DNA of 41,900 nucleotides from Candidatus Anoxychlamydiales bacterium (GTDB lineage Bacteria; Chlamydiota; Chlamydiia; Chlamydiales; SM23-39): NCBI GenBank assembly GCA_011065045.1, contig JAAKFN010000003.1, positions 1 to 41,900 of the forward strand, read 5' to 3'. Shown piece by piece: positions 35,828 to 41,900 of this stretch (position 1 is its first letter; each line of letters starts with the position of its first letter). The notes under the pieces were generated by a model. It saw only the letters and a program-made list of their open reading frames with translations, ran no database searches and was not told where the DNA came from. The position numbers and the translations under genes were made by a program.

Positions 35828-38590
35828 ATGAGAGATTTTTTCACAAAAATTTTATTGTTATTTATTTGTATAGTTTCTTTTGGATATACAGATGAAAACC
35901 CCTTATTTAATCCTCAAACTCAAGAAGAAGCTCTCTTCTTAAGAAGAATTGCAGAGTTTTGGCAAGATGAGGAGTTTGAAATAGCCAAATATCAAATAGA
36001 AAACTACATATTAGAGCATCCCAAAAGCGATATGATAGATTCTTTATATGCTATTTTAGGCAACATTCATATGAATGAAAAAGGATATTCAAAAGCTGTA
36101 ATAGCTTTTGAAAACATTAAAGATGAAGATGTAAAAGATAAAATTGGAGTAAATCTCCTCGCTTCTTTATATCATCTAAAATGGCATTTAAGACTTATTG
36201 ATGAGTGCGACTACTACATTACAAGAGTTGATGGAGCTCTAAAAGATAAAATTACATATCTAAGAGCAATATCACTATATAACAGATCTCTAGAGATTGA
36301 AGATCCAAATGAGATAAATGAGCTAATAGTACAATCAAAAGATGGCTTTGAAGCTTTAGTAGAGACAAAATTTGAAAATCAAGCAAGAGAATACCTATCT
36401 CAAATTCATAAGACTTTAAATGATTTTGAAAAGGCAAGTGACTGTTATATGCATCTTGCAAATAGTGATCCTACAAAAAAAGATGAATATCTTTTTAGCG
36501 CAGCACTCCTGCAAGCTCATTTTGATAAGGAAAAAGCCCTTGAAACTTTTAATGTAATAACAAAAGGATCCTCTTTAAAATCTAAAGATGCGGCCTACAA
36601 TAAGCTTTTGCTTTTATATGAAATGAAACGTTTTTCAGATATATCTTTAGAAAAAGATACTCTTTTAAATTTAATAGAAGAAGATAAAAAATCCCTTGCT
36701 TATTTTTTTATTGGACGCTCTTATTTCAATCAAGAAGATTATGAAAATTCATTATTTCATTTAGAAAACGCTATCAATTTAGATCTAGAACCTCAAGAGA
36801 CCAGATTATCACATATCATGCTGATGCAAAGCGCTTTTCATTTAAATGATTTTGGTGTTTTCAATAGATCATTTGATGAGTTCGTTTTAAAATATCCAGA
36901 TGATGAAAAACTTTTTGAGAGTTTATTTGCAAAAGCAATGCTGAGTAAAAATAATGAGAAATACACAGAGTCTCTTAAAGTTTTTGAAAATATAATTTCA
37001 CAAGATTTTGAAGAAGCAAAAAATCTTGAAAACTTTTTATTTGAATACGCTAATTTACTTTTTTTAACTGACAACACAAAAAAGAGTAAAGAGACATTTA
37101 GAGAGCTTATTTCAATTTCAGAAAATACAGATCTTATCAAAACATCTCTTCAATATATTGTTAATGCAACCATACAAGATCTGCAAAACGAATCATCTGA
37201 GAGTAAATTAATATCAATTAGAAAAGCTTTAGCGTATGAAATTGAAAATCTTTTAGAAAATAAAGAGCTATTTGAAACGGGTGAGATTTTAGAGTTTAAT
37301 TTTTCTCTTGCTAAAACTTATTTTGATTTAGAAAATTTTGAAGATAGTTTAACTATTTTAAAAGCTTTCTTAGAAGAAGATCAAAAGTCTTATTTTTCTG
37401 AAGATGAATTATCAGAAATTAACCTGCTTATTGGATTTTGTGTAAGAAATACAATAAACGATCTAGATGGATTTATTCGTTTTGCAAATATTTCACTTGA
37501 TCTCTCTAAAGATTCAAAGCATAAATTTACAACTTATATTAACCTATTTAACTCTCATTTAGAGCTCGCAAAAAGAGATGATGTTATAGATGATGAGCAT
37601 TTAGAAAAAGCAGCATATAATCTTTTTAATGCCTATTCTATTGCAAAAAGTAAGATAAATAGAAATAATCTTATATGGCTAAGTGATTTTTTATCTAACA
37701 AGGTTAGTAGCTATTTGTCTGAAAATTACAAAAACTCTCTTTTTGCTAATAGAAAAATAGTTTCTTATTCAGAAAATGCTTCTGATATTTATAGAGATCT
37801 ATTAGATAATGGTGATGAAGAGAATTTTGAAGAGTTCTCTATTAAACTCGCCTATTTAAATACTCTTCAAAATAATTTAACCGATGCAGCTACTCTTTTA
37901 GAAAAGCTTATTCAAAATTATCGTTTTTATCCTGAGAATTCTTTCAAATCTCCAGAACAAACAGTTTTTGAGCTTGCTAAAATCTATGAAAAACAAAATT
38001 TCAAAGAAAAAGCAATTAGTTTATATGAAGAATTTATTCCAGTTTTCAAAAAAGAGAATCGATTTAAATCTCAATCCTTGTTACACTTGTCGAGATTATG
38101 GCTCTCAAATGTTGCAAAAGAAGATTTTGTAGTTTCTAATAAAGAGCTTGAAAAAATCATAAGCACTTTAAAAACAGTTAGTTTTCAAAAAATATTTGAA
38201 AACGAGCCAACACATTTAGAAGCAGCACTTGATTATGTAGATGTTGTTTGTTATATGGAAAATAACGAAAGCTTTGAAAAAAGATTGTTTTTATTAGGAA
38301 GACTAAAAGAAAACTTTACCTCTACAGAGGACGTTATCTCTCAAGACTATCAAACTATGAGAGAGGTCCTTAAAGATAAAGAGAAAATATATAGTGCGTA
38401 CATGTTAGAAGTTGAAGCTGAAAAAAATATTTGTATAGGATTCTTAGAAAACGATCAAAAAAGAATTGATAAAGCAAATCTTCAGCTAAAACGTCTACAA
38501 GAAAATGAACTCATTTGTACAAAATTTTTAGAAGATAGAGTTAATAGATATCTGAAATTAATAGAGGAATATCCTTTTGAAGAAAAATAA
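35828..38590 (+). CDS. Large exported TPR-repeat protein
   Basis: Signal peptide; repeated TPR-like helices (YAILGNIHM, AYFFIGRSYF, FSLAKTYF, FELAKIY); 920 aa. Confidence 0.85.
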   Translation: MRDFFTKILLLFICIVSFGYTDENPLFNPQTQEEALFLRRIAEFWQDEEFEIAKYQIENYILEHPKSDMIDSLYAILGNIHMNEKGYSKAVIAFENIKDEDVKDKIGVNLLASLYHLKWHLRLIDECDYYITRVDGALKDKITYLRAISLYNRSLEIEDPNEINELIVQSKDGFEALVETKFENQAREYLSQIHKTLNDFEKASDCYMHLANSDPTKKDEYLFSAALLQAHFDKEKALETFNVITKGSSLKSKDAAYNKLLLLYEMKRFSDISLEKDTLLNLIEEDKKSLAYFFIGRSYFNQEDYENSLFHLENAINLDLEPQETRLSHIMLMQSAFHLNDFGVFNRSFDEFVLKYPDDEKLFESLFAKAMLSKNNEKYTESLKVFENIISQDFEEAKNLENFLFEYANLLFLTDNTKKSKETFRELISISENTDLIKTSLQYIVNATIQDLQNESSESKLISIRKALAYEIENLLENKELFETGEILEFNFSLAKTYFDLENFEDSLTILKAFLEEDQKSYFSEDELSEINLLIGFCVRNTINDLDGFIRFANISLDLSKDSKHKFTTYINLFNSHLELAKRDDVIDDEHLEKAAYNLFNAYSIAKSKINRNNLIWLSDFLSNKVSSYLSENYKNSLFANRKIVSYSENASDIYRDLLDNGDEENFEEFSIKLAYLNTLQNNLTDAATLLEKLIQNYRFYPENSFKSPEQTVFELAKIYEKQNFKEKAISLYEEFIPVFKKENRFKSQSLLHLSRLWLSNVAKEDFVVSNKELEKIISTLKTVSFQKIFENEPTHLEAALDYVDVVCYMENNESFEKRLFLLGRLKENFTSTEDVISQDYQTMREVLKDKEKIYSAYMLEVEAEKNICIGFLENDQKRIDKANLQLKRLQENELICTKFLEDRVNRYLKLIEEYPFEEK

Positions 38591-40319
38591 AAACAATCTC
38601 TTTTTAAAAATTTCTGTTTTTATTTCAATAGCTATCCATGTGGTAGCTATTGCTTCTATTAATCATTTGGAGATTAAATCTTCTCTAGCTTCTAAAAACA
38701 TTATGTTTTCTAATAAAGCAGCTGCCTACAATAGCAAAAAAAATATAAATCAAATTCTAAATATTGTTTTGCAAAAAAAACAAAAAAATATTTTAACTCA
38801 AATCAAATGTAAAAAAACAGAGCTTCCATCAAGTGAATCAACTGCTTTTCTAAAAAATGACTTTAATCTAAAAAAAGATCCTCTTTCATGCAAAAGGTTT
38901 TCTTTCCCCCCTACAGAGTCAACTAAAAATGAGTTTTATAAATTAGTTGAAAGAAAAAACATCCTGCCAGGTCTTGATAACGAAAACTCTTTATTGATGG
39001 TAGCTTTTCAAACAAAAGATTCTTATAAAAGTGAAGATGAGATAACAAATGAAACAGCTGATCTTGCTATCTCTCTTCCAGAAGTAGAAAAAAACACAAA
39101 ATTAACGACCTGCTTTAATTATCCTTTAAATGAAAAAGATAAATCAAAATTTCAGTTTGCAAATTTTGCTAACAGAGAAGAAAACAATTTAGATGCCTTA
39201 ACAAAACTTAAACAAAAAAAAATCAAACTCTTTCCATATAACTTCTCCTTAATACATATGCCTGAGCTCTCTGATTTAACAACCCTATCTTATAAAGATT
39301 TTTTTGATATAGATGTCACATTTGCTCCAAATTTAAATGAAAAAGGCTTTATTTTTGCAATCACACTTCTTCCTAAACACTCCATGAAGTTAAAAAGACT
39401 GAAACAAAATGTTTTTTTCTTGGTAGATAGATCTAACTCTATTCAAAAAGATAGACTCACATCTACACGTCATGCAATTACATCAAGTCTTCCTTTGTTA
39501 GGAAAAGATGATAGTTTTAATATCTTAGCTTTCGATACAAAACTAGATGTTTTATCAACTCAAAACCTAAGCCCTGATGAGAATGTATCTTTATCTAGAG
39601 CAAAATCGTTTTTAAGAAAACAAAATATCGGTAGCTTTTTTTCTTCTACAAATTTTTCTATCCCGCTTTTTAAAATTTTAAATTCAAATGTGAAAAATGA
39701 TGAAGTTAATATTGCAATTCTACTCTCAAATGGTGATGGGCTAAACAAATTTAAAAACTATAGGATTTTTAATGATTGGACAAAGCTAAATGGAGGCAAT
39801 CTCTCTCTTTATACTCTTGGACTAGAAAGTGATAAAAACTTGTCAATCTTAGAGCTTTTTAGCTTCTTTAATAAAGGTAAACTTATTCCTTCTTCAACAA
39901 ATAGAGGAATAAAAAGAAAACTGCAAAAATTACTCAAATCAATTAGCTATCCAATCGCTAAAGATATCGTATCTAACGCTATTTGTTTAGAAAGCTCAGC
40001 TAACATAAAACTATATCCTCTCTCTGATCAATCCCCTAATTTATATATGAATGAGCCATATGTAATACTCGGAACAACTGATAAGCTCACAGATTTTACA
40101 ATATTTGTTCAAGGGAAAGGAAAAGATAACTTCTTCAACTTAAAAAAACACATTTGTTTTGATCAAGCAAAACAAGGTGGAAAAATTCTTCAAAAAGAGT
40201 TAGCTGTTAAAAAAGCTTCTAAGTGCTATGAAGAGTTTTTAGCAGACAGCAACCCAAATCACTTAAAAGAAGCAAACCATCATCTAGAACCATTTGCAAT
40301 AGAGCCAGCTTTTAGATGA
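38577..40319 (+). CDS. Membrane-anchored von Willebrand factor A (VWA) domain protein
   Basis: N-terminal TM (ISIAIHVVAI), MIDAS VFFLVDRSNSI, FNILAFD, ILLSNGDG, LYTLGL; overlaps the TPR gene stop. Confidence 0.85.
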   Translation: MKKNKNNLFLKISVFISIAIHVVAIASINHLEIKSSLASKNIMFSNKAAAYNSKKNINQILNIVLQKKQKNILTQIKCKKTELPSSESTAFLKNDFNLKKDPLSCKRFSFPPTESTKNEFYKLVERKNILPGLDNENSLLMVAFQTKDSYKSEDEITNETADLAISLPEVEKNTKLTTCFNYPLNEKDKSKFQFANFANREENNLDALTKLKQKKIKLFPYNFSLIHMPELSDLTTLSYKDFFDIDVTFAPNLNEKGFIFAITLLPKHSMKLKRLKQNVFFLVDRSNSIQKDRLTSTRHAITSSLPLLGKDDSFNILAFDTKLDVLSTQNLSPDENVSLSRAKSFLRKQNIGSFFSSTNFSIPLFKILNSNVKNDEVNIAILLSNGDGLNKFKNYRIFNDWTKLNGGNLSLYTLGLESDKNLSILELFSFFNKGKLIPSSTNRGIKRKLQKLLKSISYPIAKDIVSNAICLESSANIKLYPLSDQSPNLYMNEPYVILGTTDKLTDFTIFVQGKGKDNFFNLKKHICFDQAKQGGKILQKELAVKKASKCYEEFLADSNPNHLKEANHHLEPFAIEPAFR

Positions 40320-40888
40320 GCTTAAAAATAATAGCCGGTAAATTCAAAGGAAAAAAACTTCTTACCACTAAAGATATAAGACCAGCTACTTCTTTAGTTA
40401 GAGATTCCATTTTTAATATCTCTCAAAATTTTATTGAAAACGCTAATTTTTTAGATATTTTCTCAGGATCAGGAGCGCTTGGTTTAGAAGCGCTATCTAG
40501 AGGAGCAAGATTTGCTACTTTTATCGATAATAATTTTAAGTCTTGTCAAATCATTAAAAAAAACATCAGAGCTTTAAGTGTAGAAGATCAAACATTTGTG
40601 GTTCAAAAAGATGCCATGAAAGCTATAAAAACTCTAGAAGGCCCTTATGATGTTATCACGGTAGATCCTCCGTTTATAATCTATAAAGAAAAACCCTCTT
40701 ACATCAATGCGCTATTATCTTTATTAAGAACTAAAAATTTAATAACTCCAGATAGCCTAATTTTTTTAGAAGAACCAACTTATTCCAAAAGAGATCCTTT
40801 GGTAGAGGATCTCGATCTCTTAAATAAAAGAAAGTATGGATCTTGTTTTCTTTTAGAATATGCATGCAAAAAAGGCCTTTTCAATTAA
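40316..40888 (+). CDS. rsmD: 16S rRNA m2G966 methyltransferase RsmD
   Basis: LKIIAGKFKGKKL, IRPAT, FLDIFSGSGALGLEALSRGA, DPPF, RKYG. Confidence 0.95.
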   Translation: MSLKIIAGKFKGKKLLTTKDIRPATSLVRDSIFNISQNFIENANFLDIFSGSGALGLEALSRGARFATFIDNNFKSCQIIKKNIRALSVEDQTFVVQKDAMKAIKTLEGPYDVITVDPPFIIYKEKPSYINALLSLLRTKNLITPDSLIFLEEPTYSKRDPLVEDLDLLNKRKYGSCFLLEYACKKGLFN

Positions 40889-41125
40889 CGATAGGCATAA
40901 ACATATTGAAACAAGCTGCAAAAGAATTTGTCGATTTATTTTCTTTTCGTAATTTCTTTCAGCTTTTTCACTTTCTTGAAACTTTTCCATGCTCTAAACC
41001 TAGAACACTAACTATATCATCAGGAGTTTGAGGATCTTCTTTAGGTCCTATTACGTCTTTCTTCCAGCCAGAGTTTTTCTCATACGTAGTATTTAGGGAA
41101 AAGATTTGAGTAAGTTTTTTTTCGT

Positions 41126-41900
41126 TTAATTTGAAATCCCGGTTAATTGATTTAGTGTTTTTTGTAAGAATTTTTTTTCATTTAATTCTTTCTGGATTTT
41201 TTTCCTCTCTAATTTATATTTTTCTAAAATAGGATCATCATTAAAAGGCAATCTATAAGATCTAAACTTAGGTAAAAGTAAATGAGATAAAGATGGTTGT
41301 TGATGATCATCTTTCTCTTTTATACTAGCAAAGAATGAATGAATTTCTTTAGATTCGATTTTTTTCTTCATATCCACAGAAAAGAAATAAGAATTTTTAA
41401 GACCGTATCCATAAGTAATACCCATAAGTAGATGGTTTGAGAATACTTGATTCCAAAAAGAAGAATCAATATTTTTAAAATCCATAGTAACGGCAATAGG
41501 ATCAAAATCATATCCCAGCTCTTTCTTAAATACATCATAGTTTTTTAAAAGAGTCGTTATCATCTCTTGAATATTCAGGATATATCCAAAAGCGATTTCC
41601 TTGGTTTTCGTTTGACGCTTAGAGAATATAAAAGGTGATTTGGGATAATTATTGATAAAAGAAACCCATTTTTCCCAATTTTCATGAAGGTCATAATCAT
41701 CACAATATTGTTTTATTGCTACATCCGCCCTTTTTTTCTCTTCTATTTCTGCTGATTTTAAATAAGGTTGAACCGCTTGTTCCCAATCTTTTCTGGTAGC
41801 ATAAATAATTTCTTTCGACGAAAGAGGCTTTGTTCCATAAAGAGTATATATGGCTGAGCTATCTAAAAAAAAATCATGAAAAAATTTATTCATCCAAATC
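41126..41900 (-). CDS. Hypothetical protein (5' end probably beyond window)
   Basis: Frame is open to the window edge; YTLYGTKPLS and HLLMGITYGYG motifs resemble a family I recall from environmental chlamydiae. Confidence 0.7.
   Translation of the reverse strand, partial: IWMNKFFHDFFLDSSAIYTLYGTKPLSSKEIIYATRKDWEQAVQPYLKSAEIEEKKRADVAIKQYCDDYDLHENWEKWVSFINNYPKSPFIFSKRQTKTKEIAFGYILNIQEMITTLLKNYDVFKKELGYDFDPIAVTMDFKNIDSSFWNQVFSNHLLMGITYGYGLKNSYFFSVDMKKKIESKEIHSFFASIKEKDDHQQPSLSHLLLPKFRSYRLPFNDDPILEKYKLERKKIQKELNEKKFLQKTLNQLTGISN

Noticed and set aside
40853-41125. Short minus-strand frames (FKLNEKK...KVSRK* and 45-aa MEKFQES...FACIF*)
   Set aside because: No clear RBS or motif, and the second overlaps the rsmD end; possible gene debris but not supportable.

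Overview
AT-rich chromosomal window from an environmental member of the phylum Chlamydiota, possibly Anoxychlamydiales-like. This is inferred from gene order (coaE-rho, dnaB-small basic protein-mnmG-lplA, sdhCAB-tatD-tolQRAB-pal-LysM) and from a Legionella-type MOMP porin; no database search was run. The core genes are interrupted by accessory material: (1) a small islet after tRNA-Ser(GCT) with a Zn-ribbon ORF and a RhuM-like fragment; (2) a 139-aa endonuclease-free mini-intein in DnaB; (3) an AAA+/DUF4143 gene behind three palindromic repeats with an exact 32-bp period; (4) an unannotated ~122-nt rod-shaped putative ncRNA beside an orphan antitoxin; (5) an ~8-kb two-partner secretion island (tpsB plus two FHA-like tpsA paralogs) between sdhC and tatD, next to a decayed IS630; (6) a ~100-nt stand-alone IscB/HEARO omega-RNA 5' module inside the tol-pal operon. 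The right end holds Inc/effector-like membrane proteins, an orphan OmpR regulator, a TPR plus vWA pair and rsmD. No CRISPR array or rRNA was seen. All family assignments come from motif recognition by eye.
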